From Antedon mediterranea (Eukaryota > Animalia > Echinodermata), in the NCBI RefSeq assembly GCF_964355755.1, contig NC_092677.1, positions 13,228,101 through 13,292,100 on the forward strand: a stretch of 64,000 nucleotides of DNA, in the 5' to 3' direction. The position numbers and the translations under genes were made by a program. The notes under the pieces are model-generated. The model ran no database searches. It was not told where the DNA came from and saw only the letters and a list, made by a program, of their open reading frames with translations. Numbering within the stretch: the stretch's first letter is position 1; each line of letters begins with the position of its first letter. Positions 1 through 11,758 of this stretch are shown piece after piece.

Positions 1-224
1 TTTCGCATCACGATAAGTGCGCATGAACTGAAAACTCGATTATACAGTAATACGCTTGACGTAATAGGACTACGCGAGCTACTACTGTTACCGGATTCAT
101 TTGATTACGTTCACATTAAAATTAATAATTGACATTTATAATAACGTCGATCTATTATACCCATATTAGACACAACGTTGGCGCGCGACGTGTGTATTCC
201 GCGAACCCGTTGATTATTGAGCAA

Positions 225-522
225 ATCACTTACGTTGCGTTGCGTCAGTAGGAACCAAGCTTTACGTTGCGCGTGCGTTGCGTCAGCGGAAACCAAGCAT
301 AAAGCTTGGTTCCCACTAGAACGTAACGCAAGGACGTAAACGCAACGCAAGCGTTTTAACCAATGACAAGCGAAGTTATAGACAGTTAGCAATCACAAGC
401 GAATAAGCCATTGCTTGTGATTGATCAAATCACTTGCGTTGCGTTACGTCCTTGCGTTGCGTCGGTAGTGGGAACCACGCTTTACGTTGCGCTTAGTTTG
501 CGTCAGTAGGAAACAAGCTTTA
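225..522 (+). repeat. ~38-bp tandem units derived from the right end of a family B-like MITE, interrupted by the full element
   Basis: Units cgttgcg..tgcgtcagt(a)ggaaccaagct-tta end at 264, 302 and 522. Confidence 0.7.
303..481. mobile_element. MITE family B (PIF/Harbinger-like), full-length
   Basis: Long imperfect TIRs agcttggttcccacta..acgcaaggacgtaa / ttacgtccttgcgt..tagtgggaaccacgct; flanked by TAA and TTA. Confidence 0.8.
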
Positions 523-1232
523 CGTTGGCCATCATGATCAAATATGAACATATCTTTGTTTTTAAATGTTTTCCCGTACAATAGTTGTAACAGTAGAATG
601 TTCTGTAATTGTTATGGTAGGGCCTCCTGCTTAAAACGCACACGTTTATAGAGTGGGACCTGTGAGAGATTACTATATTGTCCGGGTAAAGACGAATGTT
701 TTTATCATGTAGACCTACAGCATGACGCGCAAAATACATTACATTTTTGTTTTCATGTAAAACAGAATGACTTACGTAATAACATTACCGTATTCTCATT
801 CTTTAGTGAGCTGATTTCGTTTCAATTCCGAATTCTGTTAAATTGGAATTTTGCGTTTAAAGAAACATTACAAAAATAGAACAAGTCTGTTATTTTCTTA
901 TTAAAAACTATTATTATATATTGTATTGAAGGATACGACCAGTTTGTAGAATTTATGTGATCTTCTGTAGAGGTTAATTGCTTCCGAGTATCGATGGGAT
1001 TGTGTGTAATGGCTTACCGCGAGCTATCTTAATAATTAATACTTTGTTTGATTTATACAAGCGTCATCATATCGTTCATTTCTACATAATTTGTTAATGA
1101 TTAAACAATACGAGCACAAGATAAAACTGTAGTATTTTTCAATAATGCATGTCACGACATTTCGTTAATATCAATTTATGAGCCAAATGCTATTTTGTTT
1201 ATTTTTACAAACATTTCCTATTTTTGTAGATA

Positions 1233-1381
1233 AATCCAAAGGCAAATTACTGAAAAAAAATGACAATGCTGTGGCTGGATCTCAATGGAGATACAAAAAT
1301 AAAAAGCGAAAAGCTAAATCAAAACGATAAAGTAAACAGCCAGAAAAGTTAGCAGAGCTTTCGGGCAACACTAGCCCTTCA
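1233..1381 (-). mobile_element. Short Penelope-like/retrozyme-like retroelement fragment with truncated hammerhead motif and 14-bp TSD
   Basis: Flanked by the exact direct repeat tatttttgtagata (1219-1232, 1382-1395). The minus strand reads (a)tgaa-gggc-tagtgtt-gccc-gaaa-gctc-tgc. Related copies lie at 32370, 41213 and 49880. Confidence 0.7.
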
Positions 1382-2987
1382 TATTTTTGTAGATAGATAC
1401 AAACTTTTTGCACGCATCATTCAACATTCAATGTGGTTCTTTTTTTATCAGATAGACTTGCTTTTTCACTAAAGTGCGCTCAAATCGATATAATGTAAAT
1501 GAATTTTAATTGATAGATAATTATAGTTATGCTTTGCTATTATAACGAACAGAACAGTCTTCTTTTAATTGCTTGATTTTCTCCTATTCCATGTATTGAT
1601 GATGTTAGTTATTTACTAGTCCATATAGTTTGACAACAATGGTTTCTCTAAATGAAATATCTGGATGATCCTGAATGAATTTACCAAAATGATCGTATGT
1701 TTTTCATAATATATTCATTAATTCCGTAACCGTTGGATTTGCCCTTGGTATTTTCAAATTAAATGTTTGTTCGTTATATAGATATGTTTCTCCAATATAT
1801 TACTTTTTTTTTAGAACAATCATTAAATAAAATGGACTGGGTTTGGTCAACAGAGCCACAGTCATATTGTGACTGTGGACAATGGAATGGAGACGAACTT
1901 CGACTTCAGTAGACAGAAGATTGAAAATGTTTATCAAGTTCAACTCTCCTCATCTCAGAGGGAGACTTTGTTCTGTGTAGGCATACAAGCGTCATTAAAA
2001 CATCCAGTGCCAAATAAAATGTTCGTTTCTTGACATGACAGCACATATACAACATTTTTATCAAAATTGAATAAAGATATATATTGTTAGGCGAAGATTT
2101 TTTCACAAAGGAAGCTCTGACAAAAGTAGGGACCTATTATTTTTATGTAGCTGCCTACAAATTTAAATTGCTTATCAATTTTAGGATGGTATGAATGACT
2201 GACCTAGTTGACCTTAAGGTTAGAGCTCTATCCCTCCTTCCCCACTCTCTAATTCTCTCACACCAATTAAATAAATCAAAATGGGTGATAATCTTGGATA
2301 ATATCCGTCTATTTAGCGATTGCATCCTTCTAATAAATAACGGAGTATTTTGGACATTTTAATTTGACTACCCTCATAGCGCATAACCATTTTGATCCAT
2401 GGGTTATACCACCAGGCAATAAAAATACTACAGTAAGTATAAATATTAGTTAATGATGTTGAGTAAAGTATTAGTCATTGGTTTGGTTTGATGGAACTGA
2501 AAGAAGTTATTACTTTGATGTTTTAATATGATACTGTTATTGGACAGTATCCGATTACAATTATACTATAATAACTGCAACAGACCAACAGCAACAACAA
2601 TAATAATATAGTTAATATTTCTGTGTTGATAGAATTAAAATATATTGTCAACAAAAACATGAATAAAAAGGAATTGAACATTAAATGCATAGAAATGTTT
2701 TCATTCTACAATCAGGCCTATAAGATCCTGCCTTTGATGAAATTAATATTGTCATACATCCAATCAAATGACGTCATGATTTAGTAAAAGCATGCAATAT
2801 CGTGACGATACAACGATGTTATTGTTCTTTTTTTATTTGTATCAAAGACAGCATAAATGGTTATCCTATAGTTCTAGAATGGGGGGGGGGGGGAGGGGAG
2901 AACATTTAATTTCTTTTGTCATATGTAAGAAAAATGTATTATAGTATTGTGTGTCAATCGTTATCGTCCTCTAGTGTGTAGCAGCCA

Positions 2988-3112
2988 TCTGTCCACACTA
3001 TCAAACTTTATGTGACAAAAATTGTGATGTGCCCATATATGGACATGATGAGGTCATATCAATACCATATTTGGGCATATCACTACCATATTTGGGCACA
3101 TCACACTTTTTT
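2988..3112 (-). mobile_element. MITE family A, partial copy
   Basis: tctgtccacactatcaaactttatgtgacaaaa...atggacatgatga...ccatatttgggcacatcacac matches the family consensus; one TIR is missing. Confidence 0.8.
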
Positions 3113-3521
3113 AGTTTAGTGATAGTTTATTCCTTTTATGTTGGGAGTAGGCAATTAGTAATCACCTCTTAAACAAAAACAATCTGGTGGCTAATAGGCC
3201 TGATAGGCCTACGTTTTTCATAAAAAATGTGTTATGACAGAGCCTTCATACTATCATTTCATAGTATTTTCCTTCATAAACATTTATAAATTCGAGACAC
3301 GTAGACACGCCTAATTTTTGATGGACAAAATTAAATTACGGATAATGTACTATAATTAGAAATGGCGGCATCAAGGATTTTCAAAGATGCATTAAAACAG
3401 ATTTACACATCAAAGTGATTTACCGCTTATAGATTGATTTAAAAAATAATAAATTTAATGATTGCATCATGGAATATAGCGGTAACTGACACTACGTATA
3501 TACAGTGAGTTTGATGGATAA

Positions 3522-3645
3522 AGCTCTATCTACACTATCAAACTATTTTGATGTGCCCAAATATGGTAGTGATATGCCCAAATATGGTAGTGGTATGACA
3601 TCATCATGTTCATGGTTACATAAATGTAATAGTGTAGACAGAGCT
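3522..3645 (+). mobile_element. MITE family A (Tourist/PIF-Harbinger-like), TAA TSD
   Basis: taa|agctctatctacactat ... atagtgtagacagagct|taa. Confidence 0.85.
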
Positions 3646-4379
3646 TAAGTGAAGAAGAAAAATTATTAGTGGGTTGTTAGACCTTACTTTTGTTAAATTG
3701 CAATTTTATTTTTAAATTAAGTGCGCGCGGAAGAAATACCCGTTTTTAAAACTCAATAAATATAATATATTTATATTAATTTGTATGCATTTTGTAGGCC
3801 TGTAGTAAAAAAGAAATTACAAGATTTTTTTTATTAATATTATTATTGACATTTTTTTTATTTGTCAAACTTAATTCTTCTGTATCTGCCTCTAAAAGTT
3901 GTCTGTAGGTACTTTTGAATTCGGGAGTCACAAAGTGGAGTACATAACAAATGAAATGATGTTACCGTAAACTAATTGTGTGTTTGATTGTAGAATTGTA
4001 CCTATAAATCTGAGATTACAATACAAATCTCAGCCGGCAATATCGAACCAAGGCTACCTTAATGTTTACAGCTTATTCATATTAAATTCAAATATTCATT
4101 ACTCAGTAATAAATATGTAACAATGTTTTTAATTATAAATATATATACATACAGTATACCTGTATATAATAAATACAAAGAAATGAAACAGAGAGCAGAA
4201 AGAAATATATCGAGCACCCTCTATTGTATAAGTACACCGCATCAAGTTTAAATACATTTTACAAATTATTGTTTACTTCCATCAAACGTTTTATTTTAGT
4301 TTATTTAAAATAGAAAACTGTTATGAATTACAATTTTGCAAGTGAGCCCCCTATCTAATAATTGATACACTTTTTAATT

Positions 4380-4535
4380 AGCGACTGTGCGAAAAGACTA
4401 CATTTAGAATTACGGCCGCGGTGTGTGCTGTTTATCTAAAGTGTGGGACAAACAGAATGAAAACATCTTCTCAGAGAGATGGTTCGGAAATATTTCGTTT
4501 CCGTGGTGAAGTGAGAGGCTGACCATAAATAAACA
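4380..4535 (+). promoter_or_regulatory. Probable proximal promoter/5' UTR of the teashirt gene
   Basis: Locally GC- and CpG-enriched segment (e.g. tacggccgcggtgtg) directly upstream of ATG 4536 in AT-rich DNA. The transcription start cannot be placed. Confidence 0.45.
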
Positions 4536-4575
4536 ATGCCTCGAAGAAAGCAACAAACGCCGAAGCGACTAAAGA
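4536..4575 (+). CDS. tsh: Teashirt/TSHZ-family transcription factor, coding exon 1 (MPRRKQQTPKRLK + 1 nt, phase-1 intron follows)
   Basis: aaacaATG CCT CGA AGA AAG CAA CAA ACG CCG AAG CGA CTA AAG A|GTAAGT. The peptide matches the TSHZ N-terminus (MPRRKQQAPRR), the donor is consensus GTAAGT (4576-4581), and the phase fits the acceptor at 22308. Confidence 0.88.
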
Positions 4576-4736
4576 GTAAGTATTGATTGTTCTTATTCTA
4601 AAATACTATCTTTTGTGATGCATTTACGTGAGGTTATTTTGTAGTTGGGCGAGGCGCGGCACTTCGTTTCTCTGTGTGTGCATCAAACGTTATTGACGCG
4701 TGATGAAGTGACATATTTCATTCTCATTGAGCTTGC

Positions 4737-4746
4737 TGATTGACAG
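4737..4746 (+). promoter_or_regulatory. PBX-MEIS/PREP (TALE) decamer TGATTGACAG, first copy
   Basis: Exact match to the DECA consensus about 160 nt into intron 1, within a CpG-rich block. Confidence 0.45.
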
Positions 4747-5449
4747 TTCTCGGTCGACACCCTCCAGCGAATCGAATTCAAAAGCTTCACAATAAATCTC
4801 CCAACAAAGACAGATACAAGATGTAGAGATCGGTTAAAACATTAGGATTTTCAAGATCCATCTCAACTGAAAAAGTTGTTGGAGTTTGGTTTTTACCAAC
4901 TCCAAAATACAAGAGGTGATCAGTGATGCACTGCAGAATGGCACAGTCGAAGTTTGCCGCTTATTGCCCGCGGCAGAAAAAACTGAGGCACTTCAAAGGC
5001 TTACCGCCCAGCTGCATAATGGAAACATAAATATGCTGATCTGTAGGATATTGGAGTATGGTGTACTTATTAATGACATGCCTGAGATCACATGCTAAAA
5101 TCAACATATAAAAAATGCGAAACCAAACTAAAGATAACTGTTTCAAATTTTGTACAAAAATATTTCAATTCAATTTTAAATGATTATTTACAGGGAGGTT
5201 AAAAAAGATGAAGCAAAGATGTTTTTATTATCTTTTCTGTTATCATTAATATTACATATTAGGCTAGTATACAAATGCTGGTGGAATTGGCCCTTATTTA
5301 AAGAACTATAAAATGATTGTACATATTGTATACACATACTGCAAACATTAAATAGTAAAAAATCTTTAATATTTGATTTTAAAATAGCAATATATTAAAA
5401 TTCCTTATTGTTTTCTTCAAATTAAAATGCCAATCAAATTTTATAATTC

Positions 5450-5459
5450 TGATTGACAG
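5450..5459 (+). promoter_or_regulatory. PBX-MEIS/PREP (TALE) decamer TGATTGACAG, second copy
   Basis: Second exact match, same orientation, 713 nt downstream of the first. Confidence 0.4.
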
Positions 5460-8400
5460 ACAAATAGTTGGTAAAAACAGTTTTGGAGAAATCCATGTAG
5501 TGAATCATAAAAGACTAGGAATTAAAGGGAATTCCCTCGTCACCTGACCTTCCTGCTCTCGGGACGTCGTCTTCGTACTAATTACAGTCTTCAAAATCAA
5601 AGTGAAAATATCCTTTATTGTGCACAATATGGAAGATCTACCATGTACCTATAGTATACCATCTTGTATTCACTGTAAAATGTGCCAAACATCACAAATT
5701 AAAAATTTCAGACAAATCTCATTTTTCGGTTAATGTTGCTTTCAATTTTGGATATTTTTTTGTATTGTTGCGTTCGCTCCAAAAATTGTGGGGAAAAAAC
5801 CAGTAAGATTGTTTATTGCTTGAATTGGTTATTAATAGTAATTTTTTGATCATTTTAATGTGTCAACCCAATAATTATTGGCAAATTATCTCTTTTAAAA
5901 ACTATATTTGGCGTAAAGATTGTTAATGTTCTTCTGTACACCAGGACATTTAGAAGTCAATATACTACTGTTAAAACCTGCATTTAAAATATACTTACTG
6001 TACTACTGTATTATTTAATATGTACTGTTATCAGATTGTTTAATTTTTTTAATTCTACATGGTACAGTAATTATTTAAAGTGTACCTGTATACTAATAGT
6101 TACTTTGCAATGTACCATTAAAGATAAGATAAAATAAATCTTATTGTCATGACCACAATGCGAACATGAAATTTGTTTTCGTTGATGCTTAAACTACACA
6201 CACAATACAGACAAACACCTAACAGTAATAAATATCAATACAATATATAGACTCACATTAGAAATATTACATGGTTACAAGATACTGTAACACACTTTGA
6301 ACCATACTGTACTGTAACAGTATGGTATTACATTTTAGATTGTAGTGTACCTGTACAGTGTGATAAACAATTTTTAAAGAATAAAAATGGGTGAACTTAC
6401 AACACCTACAGTATTTTAATTTTTTTTTTCATAAATTGTCTTCTTTATAGTTTTACTAAGGTTATAATCAATTTGTTTGTGCATTTTTTGGGGATCTGTG
6501 CTGTGAAATCTAATTTTCCCAAAAGTAATATTTCACCTTAAAAAAGGCAAACTTACTGTAGAGCAATTTCACAATTTTTTTTTGCACTTAAAGATTGTGT
6601 AATTATTAAATCTGTTTTTACACTAGTACAATGATCCTACTGTAACTTCCAGACAGACACTGTAATGACGAAAGTATTAACTGTGGTAAATGGTTATGCG
6701 TGGATATTTTAATTTAAAGTACAACATGCACATAGTTGTATCATTAAACTTATTATTTATTTTTTTCTACAATAATGTTTAAGGTAAATCTTAGAATAGA
6801 TTCAAGGTGGCTCTAGAAATTTTATGATAACATAATATAAAGATACTGTAATATTTATTAATAATTTTATCCCATTTTTTTTATTCAGTTTCTTTAAACT
6901 GTATTATAATAGAGTATTGATTGCTTTTTATTGTAAATTATTATTTTTTTTCATTTGTATGTAATCACGCATTATTCATTTACTTTTTTCTACGCATAGC
7001 TGTCAGAGAAGCGACATGACGTAACCCCTAGCCCAGGATGGTCTACATTCTTCACGAGCACGTCAGTCAATAAACCTTGCTAGAAGCTCAGCAATAATGT
7101 TGAAAATATGTCACCAATAAAAGACATGAATAACAATGACAATGATACATTTAGAGAAAAAATGCTCCTCACTCAATTGTTGAATTGATCACTCGATACA
7201 TCAACTTGGATTTATTGTCACTCTTCTGTTGTTTATCAGGTTTTCGATAAACACATACCTGAGGCAACACCATTCACTGTAAATAGTTAGTAATAAAAAA
7301 AACTTGATATCCATCTATATTGTCAACGTTCTTTGGACATCTTCTCAAATGTATACTGTAGCTCATCAGGTGCTTAAAGCATAGAGAAGAACCAACTCCA
7401 AAATCAACCACCATCCACTACTAGAAAAATGTAGGGCCTGCTGTTATATATAGTGCTACTATAAATATTGTTTTTTTTTTGTATTGTTTTTAATTTATAT
7501 ATTTTTTTTAAATGGCAGCCATGTCTCTGAAGAGTAGACCATCATGCAGTAACTTTAATGTTGGTTCGATGGGGTTGCTACAGTATGTTTTTTTTTTAGG
7601 TTTTTGCTCTCTATTGCTTAGTTCTATCAATGTCTACTGCACAGTGCTACTTGTTATGACCGATCATTAATTGTCAGCCAGACACTCTGTACTGGTATAA
7701 ATAAAGTAGGTATTGTGCCCGAATACACCAAACTATATTATTAACTGTCTAGTAGAAATAGTACAAATCAAATCATAGTAAAAATACAGTACTTGCTGTG
7801 TAAATAAACATTATAAAAAAAAGGTTATTTTTCTTGTAATGGTTAGTTAGTACAGTGGATCATTGAATCAAATGTTCAATAGTTGCTTTTATTTTTTACA
7901 CATGAATGGAATTATCTATAGTACAGTTGTCTGCTGGTTAGGAATGTAAAGGGGTTTTTCCTAGAAATCCCTATTAAAAAATATTAGTAGTAAAGCAAAA
8001 TATAAAACTAAAATAAACAGAATACTATTAGTAATTTTATTTAGTGTGTTTTTAACCAATGCAGCAAACTTACTGTAACAAAACAACACTTTTATTTTGA
8101 ACAAACAATTATTCTGGTGACTGGCATACAAATATTTTTTAAGACTTGAAAATTTGGGACAATTTAAGTTTTATACTGAGTTTATATTTTTTTTACATTA
8201 ACTATTACTTACTGTTGACATTTGTAAAATTGATTTTTTTTTAAAGGGGAGAATATACTGTAGAAACAAGAGAAATGTAATGTAATGATTATGGTTCCTA
8301 TAAATATAATTTAATAACATTTAATGTGTCAAATGTGGTAGTAAATCACCTGACTAAAGATGGCAATGATCTATAATCCATCAATATACCGTACACAGTA

Positions 8401-9960
8401 ATATGATTACAGAACTTCATGTGATTGAAAGGCTAATGTCGTAGTCTTGACGAGAATGTGTGTCGTTTATCGATAGGGTAGTTTTAAGTTCTTCAAAGCT
8501 GTGATCGTGTATCAAACCCATGATAGATATATTACCAATGTAACCCAAGTTGCGCGAGTCATTCACTTAATTTCTTCGCACTTAACTCGCGTTTATGATT
8601 CAATCGTAGTTTAGTTCGTGTCACAACCTATATCTGCACTCTTGAGGGCAGAATATCGTCGTAAGTAAATTTTACGAATTGGTTTGGCATAAATTGGATG
8701 AATCAAATTTAATAATAAGTGGCAATGATATAACAATTATTTGTAAATAATGCAGAAACGTAGAAGAGAAATTTACATCAAATGAATTTGCTCAATAAAT
8801 ATACAGTATTGAATAATTTTTTTTAATAAACTATTTTTTCCCTTTTTTTTAATACATTATTTATAGAAAAAAAAATGTATCAAATATTTATTTGAAAAAA
8901 ACATTAAATTATTCGTGCTTACCTCTTTAGTACATTATTGTGTATGAGGACCCAAAACTTGATTTAAGAAGATAAATACAATTTTACTACAATAATGGTT
9001 GAAAAAAAGTGTAAACATTTTTTTAAAGACCTTTTTTTTTGATAGAATTTAACACAAACAACGTTAATTATTATTGTAAAATTCAATATTGGTACTTGCC
9101 TCATCTCATAATTGTGATCTGATAGAGAAATTTAGCATAAACATTAGCTTTATATGTTCAGTAAAAAAAACATTAAATACCTAATTAAAACATTGAATTA
9201 TGAATTGAAATTTAATACATTATGGCCTCATCATAGTTTTTCATTCTTTAAAAAGACCATTTCATATTTGAACGTCAACATGATTATATACTGCCATTTG
9301 AATGCATTATATTAGATCACTAGCAAGTTGAACAACTTTACTGCCTTCTATGTCACTTGGCAGATACTATATTTCACTGTACATCAAATACTGACGTTTT
9401 TTACAACTTAAGAAATTAACATTGACTATATTTCAATGTTATTAATGTAAATGATACACTGACTATTTTACTACTATGTGTCAGATTACCTGGCCTACAT
9501 CACAAATAGCACACCTTTGACCTCACCTCTACCTTTATATGAGAACACCTGCCCATCATGGTCAAATATTTATGTAATCATTAATAATACTAGTACAGTA
9601 CTTAGGTTTATATTGCTCATCATTTTAAATTATTTGATCTCTACTTGTAGAATCGTAATCATAGTTTGCAATATGTTTTAAATTACGCAACATTTTGCAC
9701 TCCGAGTGTGATACGGTTGACATGGGACTGTATCATCATAAATAAATGAACTGGTTATAATAGAATTCCATGTCAATCATATGTTTGAACAGAGAATATC
9801 ATTATAAAGAATGCATGCAATATAAATGTCCTCCAGTAGGAATTAAACAAGTGATCTTTAGCCTACAGGGTGACCATCTTATCCTACTGTACTAAACTGC
9901 AGCATGTCTTGATGTCTTGTAGAACATCTCAAAATAAATATTACAAACTTTTCATTCAAT

Positions 9961-10157
9961 CGTAATTCTTAGCCTTTATGGTAAGAGTTTGAGGCTCAAG
10001 CGCTCCATGGTTCTGGTGGTACAATGAGTACCTGGATAAAAGACAATAACCATATGTCCAGTGTACACACAATGCTTGGGTGCACTGTCAAGAACCTAGT
10101 ACATCTTTCGAGACAAGTAGGGGTTGTCCTGGTGTAATATCTGACCCAGCAACTATC
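9961..10157 (+). mobile_element. Degenerate copy of the tRNA-derived Deu/Nin-domain SINE
   Basis: Colinear with 59767-60077 (gaggctca..ctccatggttctggtggta, gtccagtgtacac, aagaacctagtacatctttcga, agtagggg). Confidence 0.75.
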
Positions 10158-11016
10158 GGTGACAAAAGAGTTGCGCCGTACAGTAATTGGCAGCACAGAC
10201 ATGAGAAAAGAATGTTGTTGAAAAGGCAAAACAAGTTCACAGCGTTATTGTTGAGTACAGTATATGGCGCTATATAAATCTTCACGATTATTAACCATTT
10301 TGTTTAGTTTAATTTTTTTTAATCCAGGTATTTCATACAGTACTATTCAAGAACCAAAGAAGGTATTCCTTAAAATCGATTTTGGTATTTTGTGCCGGTT
10401 AATTTTTACAAAAAAATTGGTTTTAATCGAAACAGGCGCTATCACAGAATCATTATTTTCAGGTCATCCACAAAACAAATTAATTCATTAAAAAATGAAG
10501 TTTAAAAAACAATGGCTGGTGTTGATGAAAAAATTAATTTGACAATGCTGTAGACTTAATAAGGGAATACTGCCAATGTATTCATTTGGATGGAGTCAAC
10601 ATTGCCAGATTTTAATCACTCAGTAAATTTTTTTTTTTCAAATTATTTGCTTTCCATACCATATGGTTAGCATTGATGAATGGCCATGTACAAACATGGA
10701 TTTACTGTATAATCAATCAATATTTGTAATATAACATATGGCAATATAATGTTAATCATAATTACTACCACTAATGATTGGATTATCATTGGTATCTATT
10801 TAAATATAGATAGACAGATAGAGTCCGAGTATTAGATCAAACAGTTGTCTAAACCTGTTGTATAAATATGCAACCAATCAGAGCCTATCGTTCATGGGAC
10901 TCATGTAAATTGAACATTAACAATCAAAATAAAAATTGTATTCATTCTTGTGCAGTGGAAACTAAACAGGATAGCGCAATTGTTTTTTTCCACTACCTTG
11001 TGGAAAACAGGCTTAA

Positions 11017-11273
11017 AGTCGATTTTCCACTAGCCGAATTCTTTTCGATTCGCATGAGTGCTCATGAAAGCGCTATAGCTCATTTCCTGAACTCTGATTG
11101 GTTGCGCAATATTTCGCTTCGCAAAAAGTAGAAACAATTCGAACTAGTAAATTTCGCTGAAGCGAAAAATCAAAGGAACTAGAATTCGTCGCAGAAGGGA
11201 GTATGACAGACAGAAACTCAAATACGCATGCGTATAGCATGACGCTTTCGATTCGCCTAGTGGAAAATCGGCT
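11017..11273. mobile_element. MITE family C (PIF/Harbinger-like), internally shorter copy
   Basis: TIRs agtcgattttccactag / ctagtggaaaatcggct; TAA/TTA flanks; inverse homolog of 29611-29976. Confidence 0.8.
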
Positions 11274-11498
11274 TTAGGGCCCCAATTTTCATAATGCTTC
11301 ATAGAGGATAGACTTAATACAGTATTTCTGTTTCCCACTTTTTTTTCTGAATCTGTGTTTAATAATGGTTTTTATAATTACCTTAGCTTACAGTAACTTA
11401 TTTATTAGAAACACCCAGGAAGTTGTTGAGCACACCCCATCCCTTTTTACAGTAAATTACCAAGATTTTATACAAAATACTTCACCTATTTCCTTATA

Positions 11499-11758
11499 GA
11501 GTTCTGCGGTGTTGACGTCACGACGGTAGGTGGCGTTGCGTGGTTGCTAGCCAACCTGCCTGAGTGACTCCAAAGTCACCAATGGTGATACTGATTGTAG
11601 TTTTAAAACTTAATAATTTTCAAAAGATCACTAAATATTTGTTTTAATAATCTATTTATTCTTCAACTACAGTTTCAGTTTAACAAAATCAAGCTAAGAT
11701 ATGTAATGTAATAGAAATACAGATCTATATAGTTTATCAACATAGTACCGCAGAACTC
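11499..11758. mobile_element. Non-autonomous DNA transposon with GAG..CTC ends and TATA flanks (Sola-like)
   Basis: Perfect 12-bp TIR gagttctgcggt / accgcagaactc with TATA on both sides. The superfamily call rests on the termini only. Confidence 0.7.

Noticed and set aside
1856-1878. 9-bp hairpin ccacagtca/tgactgtgg
   Set aside because: Too short to distinguish from chance, with no supporting context.
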